A DNA stretch of 40,972 nucleotides from Candidatus Peregrinibacteria bacterium CG_4_10_14_0_2_um_filter_43_11 (GCA_002792495.1 PFOK01000062.1:1-40972); one strand, 5' to 3'. Shown: positions 1 through 8,884, counted from the stretch's first letter. Notes: generated by a model not told the origin, from the sequence alone. Translations and numbers: made by a program.

Positions 1-90
1 GGAATGACGAGAGAATAATTACACCTTTCATCATGCTTGGGGCTCACCTAGACCGCTCTCCCCGAGCTCATTATGTCATTTTATTTTGAT

Positions 91-132
91 TTAGCTATAG
101 CTATTAGCATTTAGCTTTTAGCTATTAGCCGG
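91..132. repeat. Short tandem heptamer tract (TTAGCNN, about 6 units), followed by inverted GCTAA copies out to about 180
   Basis: (T)TAGC recurs at 91, 97/98, 104, 111, 118 and 125, in roughly 7-bp phase. Its reverse complement GCTAA occurs at 146 and 174, and the palindrome TTAGCAGCTAA lies at 168-178. The tract is non-coding and lies 3' of the minus-strand CDS ending at 227. Confidence 0.6.
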
Positions 133-226
133 TTAACAAGTTACGGCTAACAGATAGCCGCTTATAGTTAGCAGCTAATAAACTTCAGATAAATAACATT
201 GTTCGCCCTCCAGAGGCGGACTTTGC

Positions 227-1882
227 TTAATATATATTTTTTAAATAACAGTGCTCGCAATATACTATCTCAGACCGATCGGGTGAGTATGTCGTTTGAA
301 TTTCGGATTGGCATTTGGCGCATTTTCGATGGTGAAGTTTTTGCGGGTTTCTTAGTTTCATTCTTTTCTTGTGACGAATGTCGGGATGAAGATGGGGGAT
401 TGGTAACCCTTTTTTTCGGTAAAAAAGAAGTTCTTGCGCGGTGATTTTGAATGGTGTTTTGCTGTCTTCGCATTCAATAGCCCAATTCAAAATATCGTCC
501 GGGATTAGCTCAATGCTATCCGGGAGCTTACTGCTTTGTATTTTCTTTTTCGCTTCCGGAGGTTCGGTTTTTACATCACTCCATTTAAATCCCAGTCTTT
601 CAGCATTTTCTTTTTGTAATGGAAAACGCTCTTGTGCTACGGTTTCGTTGTACCCAAAAGGAGAGAGGTTACGCGGAAAAAACAGACCCCATTCTCCCGT
701 TTTCACCATATGTTTCACGATCCGCTCCACCATCCGATGATATTCCTTTTTTGAATATTGTTTATTAAAAATACAGTACTTTTTATGGCGTAATCCGATG
801 CACCCGAATAGATTTTGGCTGTAATCGCATTCGTTGGAATAATAGGAATCGCTTACCCCCCAGCAACGCGCGCATCCAAGGTTATGATGGGAGTTGATCG
901 CTGTATTGATGCACTGATAATTCAAGTCGCTATTCATCCCTACAGTATCCACATCCATATTGTCTTTTGTATCTCGCCATACATGATGGGAATAACGACA
1001 ATCGCGTGCCTGTGAAGCGTTGTAGCACTCATAACAGTCTTTGGACTCGGAAATGTAATCGCCTGTGCAGTTTTCGGATGAAGTGATCTCCGCGTATTTG
1101 TAAAATTGCTCCTGTCTCCATTTCTCAAATGTCTGTTTTGTTTTTATGACTTCCGGATAGGTGTGAGGTTTGAGAGTGATGATCTTTTTTCCATACTCTT
1201 CTTTGGAGTGAGGTTCATTGAAAATATAAAATTCTTTGTGATGCAAATTCGCGCAACCAAAACAATTCTTACACCCGATGCAATTTTTTAGGAACCATGA
1301 GTCCGAACAGGTTTGGCAATTTTGTGAAAAAAATAGATTGTACCCTTGTTTGCAATTTTCGCATTCATAACACCATTCACACTCATTACAATGTGAACAA
1401 TCCACACAATGTTTGGATTTCTGAATCCAATACCCATACAAACAATTTTCGTTCGTGCTGCTTTCGACTAACAAGTAGCAGTTTCGATTGTTTTCACAAA
1501 TATGAGTGTATTCGGAGTTTTCGCTATTGCGATTTAAAATTGCAGGGCGTGGCACTTTTATCATAAGCTCGCAAAATTGCTCAAAAAATGAACGCTCGAA
1601 ATCAAACTCCCTTTCGTATTCAATGGGATTCCAGTGGTCGCTCCACCAGCATTCCTGACAATAAACGATAAAAGGGGACTCTTTGTGATAGACGGAAATT
1701 GTATTTTTTTTGCAAAGGTCACACGTTTGATGATAGAGTTGTCGTTCGTTCCTCCATGCCAGTCGTTCCTGTTGTCGGCAATTTGGGCACAATTTTGGTG
1801 CGGGCATTTTTATTTTTTGGTAAAAATCCCGATCTTCATCGGTTATTTCGAACGATGATTTGCATTGAATACATTGTTTCAT
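227..1882 (-). CDS. Cysteine-rich multi-zinc-ribbon protein, paralog 1 of 3 (function unknown)
   Basis: The ORF track gives 227..1897. I place the start at the second ATG (1882, MKQCIQCKSS) because it aligns with MKTCKQCHID of the adjacent paralog and because 1883-1902 is one arm of a perfect palindrome. The N-terminal module is CxxC...FY...CPxCR...RNER...CxxC. Two internal Cys-dense halves each end in FGCxxL(H/R)HKxxxIFN..SKxEY. GEWGxFFP..SPFxYNET is conserved, and the C-terminal module is RKCAKCQSEIQTTYSPDR..YCxxCY. Confidence 0.8.
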   Translation of the reverse strand: MKQCIQCKSSFEITDEDRDFYQKIKMPAPKLCPNCRQQERLAWRNERQLYHQTCDLCKKNTISVYHKESPFIVYCQECWWSDHWNPIEYEREFDFERSFFEQFCELMIKVPRPAILNRNSENSEYTHICENNRNCYLLVESSTNENCLYGYWIQKSKHCVDCSHCNECEWCYECENCKQGYNLFFSQNCQTCSDSWFLKNCIGCKNCFGCANLHHKEFYIFNEPHSKEEYGKKIITLKPHTYPEVIKTKQTFEKWRQEQFYKYAEITSSENCTGDYISESKDCYECYNASQARDCRYSHHVWRDTKDNMDVDTVGMNSDLNYQCINTAINSHHNLGCARCWGVSDSYYSNECDYSQNLFGCIGLRHKKYCIFNKQYSKKEYHRMVERIVKHMVKTGEWGLFFPRNLSPFGYNETVAQERFPLQKENAERLGFKWSDVKTEPPEAKKKIQSSKLPDSIELIPDDILNWAIECEDSKTPFKITAQELLFYRKKGLPIPHLHPDIRHKKRMKLRNPQKLHHRKCAKCQSEIQTTYSPDRSEIVYCEHCYLKNIY

Positions 1883-1964
1883 AGTGCGACAGTGCACAGT
1901 GCGCTACTTACATAATGTTACAGACGCGCCATGGCGCGTCTCTAGCACTGTGCACTGTCGCACT
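1883..1964. repeat. Nested perfect palindromes between the two Cys-rich paralogs
   Basis: The outer arms are 20 bp: agtgcgacagtgcacagtgc (1883-1902) and its exact reverse complement gcactgtgcactgtcgcact (1945-1964). The inner element is the 20-bp perfect palindrome agacgcgccatggcgcgtct (1922-1941). Each outer arm is built from three AGTGC units. Confidence 0.9.
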
Positions 1965-1972
1965 GAATTAGT

Positions 1973-3604
1973 TTAGTAAACTTCGTTCAAATAACACGAT
2001 TCACAATAAATTATTTCGGGACGATCTGGAGAATAAGTGGTTTGAATTTCCGACTGGCATTTGGCGCATTTTCGCGCATAAAGCATATGGGGATTTTGTA
2101 CCTTAAGGCGATCCATGTGACGGGTCTCAAAATGGCGGTGTGGGATGGGGAGATTCATTTTTTTGTAAAATGCCAGTTCTTGCGGAATGATCCGGTAATT
2201 TTTTCCGATGACTTCACAACTTAAGATGGCCTCTGTGATAGCTTCTTTTACGTCATGGATGTTATCGGGGATCGTATAGGTTTGATTCTGGAACTCTTTC
2301 GGATCTTCTTCCTTCCAATTCCAGCCTTTCTTTTGTACTTCTTCTCGCGAGAGCGGGTAATAATTGTTGGCTACGGTTTCGTTGTATGCAAAAGGGGATA
2401 GGGTTTGCGGAAAAAATTCACCCCATTCCCCCGTACTTTTCATATGTTGCACCATCCGTTCTGCCATCCGTTCATATTCCTCTTTGGAATATTGTTTGTT
2501 TAAAATACAGTATGATTTTCGGTTCAACCCCACACAACCGAACATGTGATTTGAATTGCTACAAAGGAAGTTGTAAAAACTGTCGTGACAATTGATCATC
2601 ATGGTGCAGAAGGCGGTGTTGTAAAGCTCCATTGAACTGGCGACTTCGTAAATCACTTCTCCCCATCCGAATGAACTCATGTCCATACCATTTTTTATTT
2701 TAAATCCAATGTATCCGTATTTTATTTCTTCCGCTGTTTCGAATAAGTAGCCTTCCTGCACATTTTTACAATTTCTTAAGTAGTCACCGGTGCTATTTTG
2801 ACAATTGATCACCTGAACCGCTTTGTGTGGGTATTTTAAAAAGTGTTGTCTTGCTTTTGCTTCAACTCGTTTCATGTTTTCAAAACTTCCAGAAATTTGT
2901 GCTGTTCGTTTTTCATATTCCTTTTTTTCCAGAGGCTCATTGAAAAAATAATATTTTTTATGTTTGAGTCCAAAACAACCAAAGCAATACTCACATCCCG
3001 TACATTCTTCGCAAAACATACAATTGGCACAATCCACACAATCCCTCAGTTTTATCGATTGGTAGCAGTGATCACAATGGATACATTCGTAACATAATTC
3101 GGAGTAGGGGATCCAGTAACAATCCACATTGTTTTTCCCATAAAGGGAGTAGGTGCAGAAATAACAATCTTCATTGTAATGTCCTCCTGCATTGAGGTAG
3201 CAATTTTTATCATCCGTTTCGTGTTGTACAAATTCACTGTTTTGGTTGTTTTTTCCGAAAAGCGAAACCAGTCCACCTACTTTTAGTAATTCTCCGAATT
3301 GTTCAAAAAAAGGCCTGGTGAAGTCAAACTCACGACCATAATCCATTCCATTCCATTTATCCGACCACCAGCATTCCTGACACAGTACGTTCAGCTCTTT
3401 TTCGGAGGAATAGATAGAAACATGATCCTTTTTGCACAGATTGCATTTTCGCTTATATAAACTTCGTTCATTGCGCCAGACCAGCCGTCTTTGATCGCGG
3501 CATATTGGGCATAGTGTTGGTTCGGGAACTTTCATGCGTGCGTAAAATGCGCGGTCATCATGGGCAACTTCAAAGTCGATATGGCATTGTTTACACGTTT
3601 TCAT
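1973..3604 (-). CDS. Cysteine-rich multi-zinc-ribbon protein, paralog 2 of 3 (function unknown)
   Basis: This 543-aa ORF has the same architecture as 227..1882. The C-terminal 30 aa are nearly identical (RKCAKCQSEIQTTYSPDRPEIIYCESCY), and the DNA shares a 34-nt stretch with 2 mismatches (about 2039-2072 versus about 292-325). Confidence 0.85.
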   Translation of the reverse strand: MKTCKQCHIDFEVAHDDRAFYARMKVPEPTLCPICRDQRRLVWRNERSLYKRKCNLCKKDHVSIYSSEKELNVLCQECWWSDKWNGMDYGREFDFTRPFFEQFGELLKVGGLVSLFGKNNQNSEFVQHETDDKNCYLNAGGHYNEDCYFCTYSLYGKNNVDCYWIPYSELCYECIHCDHCYQSIKLRDCVDCANCMFCEECTGCEYCFGCFGLKHKKYYFFNEPLEKKEYEKRTAQISGSFENMKRVEAKARQHFLKYPHKAVQVINCQNSTGDYLRNCKNVQEGYLFETAEEIKYGYIGFKIKNGMDMSSFGWGEVIYEVASSMELYNTAFCTMMINCHDSFYNFLCSNSNHMFGCVGLNRKSYCILNKQYSKEEYERMAERMVQHMKSTGEWGEFFPQTLSPFAYNETVANNYYPLSREEVQKKGWNWKEEDPKEFQNQTYTIPDNIHDVKEAITEAILSCEVIGKNYRIIPQELAFYKKMNLPIPHRHFETRHMDRLKVQNPHMLYARKCAKCQSEIQTTYSPDRPEIIYCESCYLNEVY

Positions 3605-3612
3605 GGTTTTAG

Positions 3613-3640
3613 TTTATAACCAAATGCATGGATGGTTCAA
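3613..3640 (-). promoter_or_regulatory. Sigma70-like promoter TTGAAC-16-TATAAA for paralog 2, probably giving a leaderless mRNA
   Basis: The minus strand reads ttgaac catccatgcatttggt tataaa ctaaaacc ATG. The -10 element ends 8 nt before the start codon at 3604. Confidence 0.4.
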
Positions 3641-3663
3641 TGGATATTTTTTAATTCATTTTT

Positions 3664-3694
3664 AAAAACCCTCAACATTTCGTTGAGGGTTTTT
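3664..3694 (-). terminator. Rho-independent (bidirectional-type) terminator after pnp
   Basis: The hairpin aaaaaccctcaac / atttc / gttgagggttttt has a 10-bp GC-containing stem flanked by an A-run and a T-run. It lies 25 nt downstream of the pnp stop codon. Confidence 0.8.
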
Positions 3695-3718
3695 ATAGTT
3701 TATTGCATGTCCGACGTA

Positions 3719-5860
3719 TTATTTTGCTGGTGCGGTAGGCGCAGCTGGAGTGCCTCCCGGTTGAGGAACACCTTTCATGGTCAAACGGAAGCGGTTGTTT
3801 TGTGTGTCGATTTCTTTGAGGAGTACGTTTACGATCTGACCTTCTTTAAGGTGATCTTTCACGTCTTTCACAAAGCCATCGGTGATTTCCGATACATGCA
3901 CCATGCCTTCTTTGCCCGGCATGAATTCCACAAGAGCGCCGAATTCGAGTAGGCGGGTGATTTTGCAGTTCATGTAGGTTTTTCCGGCTTCGGGATCGGC
4001 TACAATCGCTTCTACCCAGGCTTTGGCTTTGGCACCGCCTTCCTCGCTTTTAGTCGTGATCACCACGGTTCCGTCATCATCGATATCGATTTGAACACCA
4101 CATTCATCAATGATCTTATTGATCACTTCACCTCCCGGTCCGATGATGAAACGGATTTTTTCGGGACTGACGTGTATGGTGATGAGTCGAGGGGCATACG
4201 GTGACATTTCGGTGCGTGGCGCGCTGATCACTTTGTCCATCGCGTCCAGAATTTCCATGCGGCCTTTATGGGCGCGATCCAAGGCTTCTACAAAAATATT
4301 GTCAGGCAATCCCTTGATTTTAATGTCCATTTGAATGGCGGTGATCCCGTCACGGGTTCCAGTGACTTTAAAATCCATATCGCCTCCGAAATCCTCTTCG
4401 TCTTGTAAATCAGTCAGGATTTTATACTGGCTAGGGTCATCGTGATTGGTCATCAATCCCATTGCGATACCTCCGACCGCTTTTTTAATGGGAACACCGG
4501 CATCCATGAGTGCCAAACTGCATCCACAAGTGGCGGCCATGGAACTGCTTCCGTTGGAACCGAGGATTTCGGTTACCGTACGGATGGTGTAAGGGAAGTC
4601 TTCTTTGTTGGGAAGAACCGGCATGATGGCACGTTCTGCCAAGGCTCCGTGTCCTATTTCCCGATTACCGGTGAATAAACGGTTACTCACTTCACCTACT
4701 GAGAAAGGGGGGAAATTGTAATGATGGAAATAGTGTTTTTTGCTTTCACCTTCGATTCCATCTATGATCTGCGCGTCCCCGGGTGAGCCGAGTGTACACG
4801 TGCTAAGCCCCTGAGTTTCACCGCGCTGAAAGAGCCCGGAGCCGTGAGTGCGTGGCAAGAGTCCGACTTCCACATAAAGCGGGCGAATGGTATCGATTTT
4901 ACGGTCTTTGATGCGGCGTTCTTTTTCGAGGATGTTCTTTCGGACGGTTTCTTTGATCAATTTGTCGATGGCTTTGCCAACCTGTTTTAGCTCGTCTTCT
5001 TCCACCTTGTCTTCAAAGTGTTTTTCGGCTTCTTTGGTGAGCTGACGGATGAATTCAAAACGTTCCCCTTTGTTCATGTCGCTATATAGCGCTTCTTCCG
5101 CTTTGGCCGGATAGTTTGCTTTTACGTAATCGACGATTTCCTGATTTTTTTCCGGAGGAGTGAATTCGATTTTTGCGCTTCCAATTTCATCTTTTATTTC
5201 TTTGATGAATTGAGCGATTTTTTGTCCCCATTTTTTACCGAAGGCGATGGCTTCCAACATTTTGGTTTCCGGAACTTCGTTAGCGCCAGCTTCGATCATG
5301 ATGACGTTAGAAAGATCGCTTGAAACGATTAAATCCAGGTCGGAACGTGTGCGCGCCTCTTTGGTAGGGTTGAGCACAAATTCGTTATTGATGAGCCCCA
5401 CGCGAACGGTGGCTGTTGGCCCCTCAAAAGGGATATCGGAAATGCTGAGAGCAACAGAAGCGGCAATGGCCGCGATCATGTCGTGTTCATTTTCCTGATC
5501 ATAGGAAAGGGTAGTGAGCATCACTTGAATATCACGATAGAATTCTTTCGGAAAAAGCGGTCTTAGTGTACGATCGATCACGCGAGCCATCAAAACCTTG
5601 TCGTCGCTGGGGCGTGTTTCACGTTTGATGAAGCGACTGCCCTTGATCATGCCACTGGCATACATTTTTTCCTGATAATTGACACTGAGTGGTAAAAAAT
5701 CCACACCGGCACGAGCTTCTTTTGCCAGAGCGGCCGTTGCTAAAATAACGGTGTCACCATAACGAACCGTACAGCTTCCGTTACATTGCTGAGCCAGTTT
5801 ACCGGTTTCAACAATGAATTCACCATTGCCTATCGGTAATTTAAATATCTTTGATTCCAT
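3719..5860 (-). CDS. pnp: Polyribonucleotide nucleotidyltransferase (PNPase)
   Basis: This 713-aa ORF shows two RNase PH-like halves, a KH-like segment (IGPGGEVINKII) and a C-terminal S1 domain (GKTYMNCKITRLLEFGALVEF...GMVHVSEI). It sits in the classical position downstream of rpsO. Confidence 0.95.
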   Translation of the reverse strand: MESKIFKLPIGNGEFIVETGKLAQQCNGSCTVRYGDTVILATAALAKEARAGVDFLPLSVNYQEKMYASGMIKGSRFIKRETRPSDDKVLMARVIDRTLRPLFPKEFYRDIQVMLTTLSYDQENEHDMIAAIAASVALSISDIPFEGPTATVRVGLINNEFVLNPTKEARTRSDLDLIVSSDLSNVIMIEAGANEVPETKMLEAIAFGKKWGQKIAQFIKEIKDEIGSAKIEFTPPEKNQEIVDYVKANYPAKAEEALYSDMNKGERFEFIRQLTKEAEKHFEDKVEEDELKQVGKAIDKLIKETVRKNILEKERRIKDRKIDTIRPLYVEVGLLPRTHGSGLFQRGETQGLSTCTLGSPGDAQIIDGIEGESKKHYFHHYNFPPFSVGEVSNRLFTGNREIGHGALAERAIMPVLPNKEDFPYTIRTVTEILGSNGSSSMAATCGCSLALMDAGVPIKKAVGGIAMGLMTNHDDPSQYKILTDLQDEEDFGGDMDFKVTGTRDGITAIQMDIKIKGLPDNIFVEALDRAHKGRMEILDAMDKVISAPRTEMSPYAPRLITIHVSPEKIRFIIGPGGEVINKIIDECGVQIDIDDDGTVVITTKSEEGGAKAKAWVEAIVADPEAGKTYMNCKITRLLEFGALVEFMPGKEGMVHVSEITDGFVKDVKDHLKEGQIVNVLLKEIDTQNNRFRLTMKGVPQPGGTPAAPTAPAK

Positions 5861-5892
5861 AAAGAAAAAAGATTAAAGGATAAAAATTTTTT

Positions 5893-5967
5893 CTCCAGAA
5901 CCAAAAGTCCCAAGTTGAAGCTCATTTGGCGGTGAGTTTTAACCTGAAACTTTTTTGGCTCTAGGAG
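5893..5967 (-). promoter_or_regulatory. Long imperfect hairpin in the rpsO-pnp spacer (candidate pnp leader or processing stem)
   Basis: On the mRNA strand, ctcctagagccaaaaaagt (5967-5949) pairs with acttttggttctggag (5908-5893), giving about 16 bp with two bulges around a 40-nt insert. No U-run follows the stem. Confidence 0.4.
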
Positions 5968-5986
5968 AGATTGTATATTTCATTAC

Positions 5987-6280
5987 TTATTTTCGCAGTT
6001 CAAGCGACTTAATGACTTCTTCGTAATCTTGAGGTTTGCTGTTTTTTAGGTAATTTAAAAGCTTGCGTCGTTTTCCAACCATCAAAAGTAATCCGCGGCG
6101 GCTGTGATTGTCTTTTTTATGTTCTTTTAGGTGTTCGGTGAGCTCATTGATCTTTTGTGTAAGGATTGCGATTTGTACATGAGTCGAACCTGTGTCTTTT
6201 GGGTGAGAGGCAAAGCTGGTAATAACGCTTTTTTTCTTTTCCCTTTTAGTCACTGTGACTTTCTTTTTCGTGGTAGGCAT
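5987..6280 (-). CDS. rpsO: 30S ribosomal protein S15
   Basis: The sequence [50 protein letters not shown] is the conserved S15 core. A Lys-rich N-terminal extension is present. Confidence 0.93.
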   Translation of the reverse strand: MPTTKKKVTVTKREKKKSVITSFASHPKDTGSTHVQIAILTQKINELTEHLKEHKKDNHSRRGLLLMVGKRRKLLNYLKNSKPQDYEEVIKSLELRK

Positions 6281-6321
6281 AGTTTGAGTTAAAAATTAGG
6301 AATTAGATTTACAACAAGATG

Positions 6322-6350
6322 ATTTTAACAAAAAATTTTAGGTTGCACAA
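6322..6350 (-). promoter_or_regulatory. Promoter TTGTGC-17-TAAAAT with an extended -10 TG, upstream of rpsO
   Basis: The minus strand reads ttgtgc aacctaaaattttttgt taaaat. The TG lies 1 nt upstream of the -10 hexamer. The element is about 40 nt upstream of the rpsO ATG. Confidence 0.45.
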
Positions 6351-6372
6351 GGGTATTCTTCGTTTTGCGGTT

Positions 6373-7293
6373 TTAGAGCCACTTTTTTAGTTTGAATACA
6401 CCGAACAGACTTATCGCTAAAATGATCATTCCTATAATGATTCTCCAGAAGTGCTCGATGTTTTCCGGTGCGTCCTGGAAAGGGAATTTGACGTTCATTC
6501 CAAAAAGTCCTGTAATGAAGGTCAGCGGTAGCATGATGGCCGAAAATACCGTGAGTGTGCGCATTGTCAGGTTGATGTTGTGGGACAGAAGCGATTCGTT
6601 GGTATCTTCCAGAGATTCAATCACTTCTTTTTGGGTTTCCATAATATTCCAAACTTTTTCAATCTGATCGACGATGTCATCGAAATAGACAGCCAAATCG
6701 TCGCTCAAGAATCGTCTCTGCTTGTGTTCCAGGGCGGCAATAACGGAACGTTGAGGCAGTATTATTTTTCGGAGAGTGATGATATTTTTTTTGAGTGTCA
6801 TGATATCCAGTAGCTGATCGCGTGGGTGGCTTGAATCGAAAATTTCTTCCTCCACTTTTTTAAGGGATAGCTGTGTCTTGTCAACAATCGGAAACATGTT
6901 GTAAAAAAGTGCGTGAAGAATTTTATACAACAGAAATCCAACACTTTCTCCAAAAAGTTCACGTTTTATTTTTAAAGACTGTTGGCATTTTCCAAAAATA
7001 TCGTTCAGGGGAGACGACGCACTGTTGTGAATGGTGATCAAGTAATTTTCCCCCAGAAAGAAGTTGACTTGTTCGGTATCGATACGATGGAATTGCTTGT
7101 TGTATTTAGGAAAATGCAAAATGATGAATAGGTACTTGCCGTATTCATCAATTTTTGGCCTTTGACTGCCCGAAAGACAGTCTTCCAGGTCGAGCTCATG
7201 AAATCGAAATCGTTTTTTGAGGTCAAGAATTTCACTTTCTTTTGGGTTGGTGATGTTGATCCATCGTCTTTTTTTGAATTTGATTTCTTCCAT
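6373..7293 (-). CDS. corA: CorA-family magnesium/cobalt transporter
   Basis: This 306-aa ORF has two C-terminal TM helices with the signature GMN motif (TGLFGMNVKFPF). Confidence 0.85.
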   Translation of the reverse strand: MEEIKFKKRRWINITNPKESEILDLKKRFRFHELDLEDCLSGSQRPKIDEYGKYLFIILHFPKYNKQFHRIDTEQVNFFLGENYLITIHNSASSPLNDIFGKCQQSLKIKRELFGESVGFLLYKILHALFYNMFPIVDKTQLSLKKVEEEIFDSSHPRDQLLDIMTLKKNIITLRKIILPQRSVIAALEHKQRRFLSDDLAVYFDDIVDQIEKVWNIMETQKEVIESLEDTNESLLSHNINLTMRTLTVFSAIMLPLTFITGLFGMNVKFPFQDAPENIEHFWRIIIGMIILAISLFGVFKLKKWL

Positions 7294-7304
7294 AGGGTTT
7301 TAAA

Positions 7305-7715
7305 TTAGTTTTTTTTCTTCTTTTTTGGAAGATATTTAACTTTAATATCCACTTTTTTAACGGTATGGAGACGTTTTGCATATTCTTTTTTTGCGTTGAG
7401 TGAAAAGCGAATAATGGAAATCAATAATGCGAACATGAATAAAAACCACCAGATCCTCATTGAAAAATAGGGGATTCCCGCCTCTCGGAACAATAGAAGT
7501 ACCAATAGGATGGTTCCATATCGTTGAAGGAGTTTTGGAGCACTGCGTATGATTTTTTTGGCAATGGGGTTCTTTAGGTATTTTTTTCTATAAATGGTTA
7601 TGGCTAATCCTCCTAAAATAAAGAGGATCACGATCGCCAGTGTGAATTTTGTGTATTGAAAATTGGGATCGGGACGAGGGGTGAAATAATATTGTAAGGT
7701 GAGAATTCGATTCAT
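7305..7715 (-). CDS. Small integral membrane protein (3 predicted TM helices, Lys-rich tail), function unknown
   Basis: This 136-aa ORF has hydrophobic segments FTLAIVILFILGGLAITIY, YGTILLVLLLF and IWWFLFMFALLISII. It is tightly packed in the minus-strand block, with an 11-nt gap to corA. Confidence 0.6.
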   Translation of the reverse strand: MNRILTLQYYFTPRPDPNFQYTKFTLAIVILFILGGLAITIYRKKYLKNPIAKKIIRSAPKLLQRYGTILLVLLLFREAGIPYFSMRIWWFLFMFALLISIIRFSLNAKKEYAKRLHTVKKVDIKVKYLPKKKKKN

Positions 7716-7748
7716 GGTGTTAAAAAGATAGTTTTAAAATTAAATAAA

Positions 7749-8102
7749 TTATTTTTTAGTGCTCTTTACGGGTTTTTTCTTGCTTTTTCCGATTTTTACC
7801 CCTTCTTCCTCTTCAATGGCCTCCTTGAGCAATCGTCGTTCCATTTCCTGATAATACCGCTCCAATAATGTTTGCCCCGGACGAATGATTAAGTAAAGCA
7901 AAATGCCCAAAATGGGAATGGCAATGTTGAGCAGGATCGCGAAAGTTTGGAAAAACAAGCTGTTGCTACGACTGATGGAATCCCGCGTGACCCAGATGAT
8001 GATCGAAAGCCAAAGCAGGCCCACATAGACGATTCCCGCCATTTGAAACATCTGAAAAGAGGAGGATTGCGCGAATTCGATTATTTTATTCAGATAAGGC
8101 AT
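7749..8102 (-). CDS. Small membrane protein, PLDc_N-like (cardiolipin-synthase N-terminal type) domain
   Basis: LWLSIIIWVTRDSISRSNS...ILLNIAIPILGILLYLIIRPG fits the pattern W..D...R...P.LG..(L)Y as I remember it for the PLD-nuclease N-terminal membrane domain. The tail is charged. Confidence 0.5.
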   Translation of the reverse strand: MPYLNKIIEFAQSSSFQMFQMAGIVYVGLLWLSIIIWVTRDSISRSNSLFFQTFAILLNIAIPILGILLYLIIRPGQTLLERYYQEMERRLLKEAIEEEEGVKIGKSKKKPVKSTKK

Positions 8103-8137
8103 TTTTGAAGATGAGTTAGAGTTTAATATTTTTTAGA

Positions 8138-8884
8138 TTACTCTTTTATGAGGTGTTTTTTGTGTGAACAGTGGATGAAAAGAACAAAAGCCACTGCGGT
8201 AAAAATCAGAAAATTGACCTTGTGACAACTCGAAGGGACACCGTGAAGAAAATCAATGCCGAACGCACTCACAGAGTATAGCATAATCGCCAGACTTCCG
8301 GCCATTCCGGATAAATGTGTTTTTCGGTTGTATTTCATCACGTAACTTAAAATGAGGAATGTTGCCAGTGCCGAATACAGTTGTGCGGGATGGAGGGGGG
8401 TATTTACCAAAGGAATATTCATTGCGTCGAAAGAGATTCCCCAGGGCATTGTTGTGGGGGTTCCGTAATAACTTCCGTTAAAAAAATGACCCACGTGAAT
8501 TAAGATGAGCCCCACGAGCCCGGAAAGACTGATGGCATCGAGCCATAAGTAAAAATCTTCTTCGGATTTTCGGCTCAGTAAATAAAGGACGATGATCAAG
8601 CCGTAAAATGCCCCGAAAGCACTGAGTTTTAGATCCCAAATATAAAATGCCTGCAGTATGTTTTTTATGTAGTGGCTATTATTTTCAATGACATAAAACA
8701 CCCTACCTCCCAGGGCGCTTGCCAGGATCATGAAAATGAAATTGTTTGCCAGAAACGAAACATTCATTTTGTTGCGGCTGATGTAGCGCAATAAAAAAAG
8801 CATGCCCAGCAAAAAAGCCAATGCCAAAAAAAGATTGAATGTGTGAATGGTTATTGGCCCATATTGAAAGAGGACTTCATACAT
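8138..8884 (-). CDS. lgt: Prolipoprotein diacylglyceryl transferase
   Basis: This 248-aa polytopic membrane protein carries GGRVFYV, GHFFNGSYYGTPTTMPWGISF and HPAQLYSA, which match the Lgt signatures (G.R.GN..N.E..G...PW and HPTQLYE). Confidence 0.8.
   Translation of the reverse strand: MYEVLFQYGPITIHTFNLFLALAFLLGMLFLLRYISRNKMNVSFLANNFIFMILASALGGRVFYVIENNSHYIKNILQAFYIWDLKLSAFGAFYGLIIVLYLLSRKSEEDFYLWLDAISLSGLVGLILIHVGHFFNGSYYGTPTTMPWGISFDAMNIPLVNTPLHPAQLYSALATFLILSYVMKYNRKTHLSGMAGSLAIMLYSVSAFGIDFLHGVPSSCHKVNFLIFTAVAFVLFIHCSHKKHLIKE

Noticed and set aside
199-1884. Seven plus-strand ORFs of 61-99 aa (199..444, 441..740, 815..1015, 1106..1291, 1297..1566, 1634..1858, 1699..1884), plus the minus-strand ORFs 270..473 and 940..1128
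   Set aside because: All lie inside or antisense to the 556-aa Cys-rich CDS, which has two paralogs supporting its frame. Their compositions are those of shadow ORFs.
1895-1897. Upstream ATG giving MHCRTMKQC... for paralog 1
   Set aside because: These five extra codons lie within the perfect palindrome arm, and they have no counterpart in paralog 2, which starts MKTCKQC. The ATG at 1882 is preferred.
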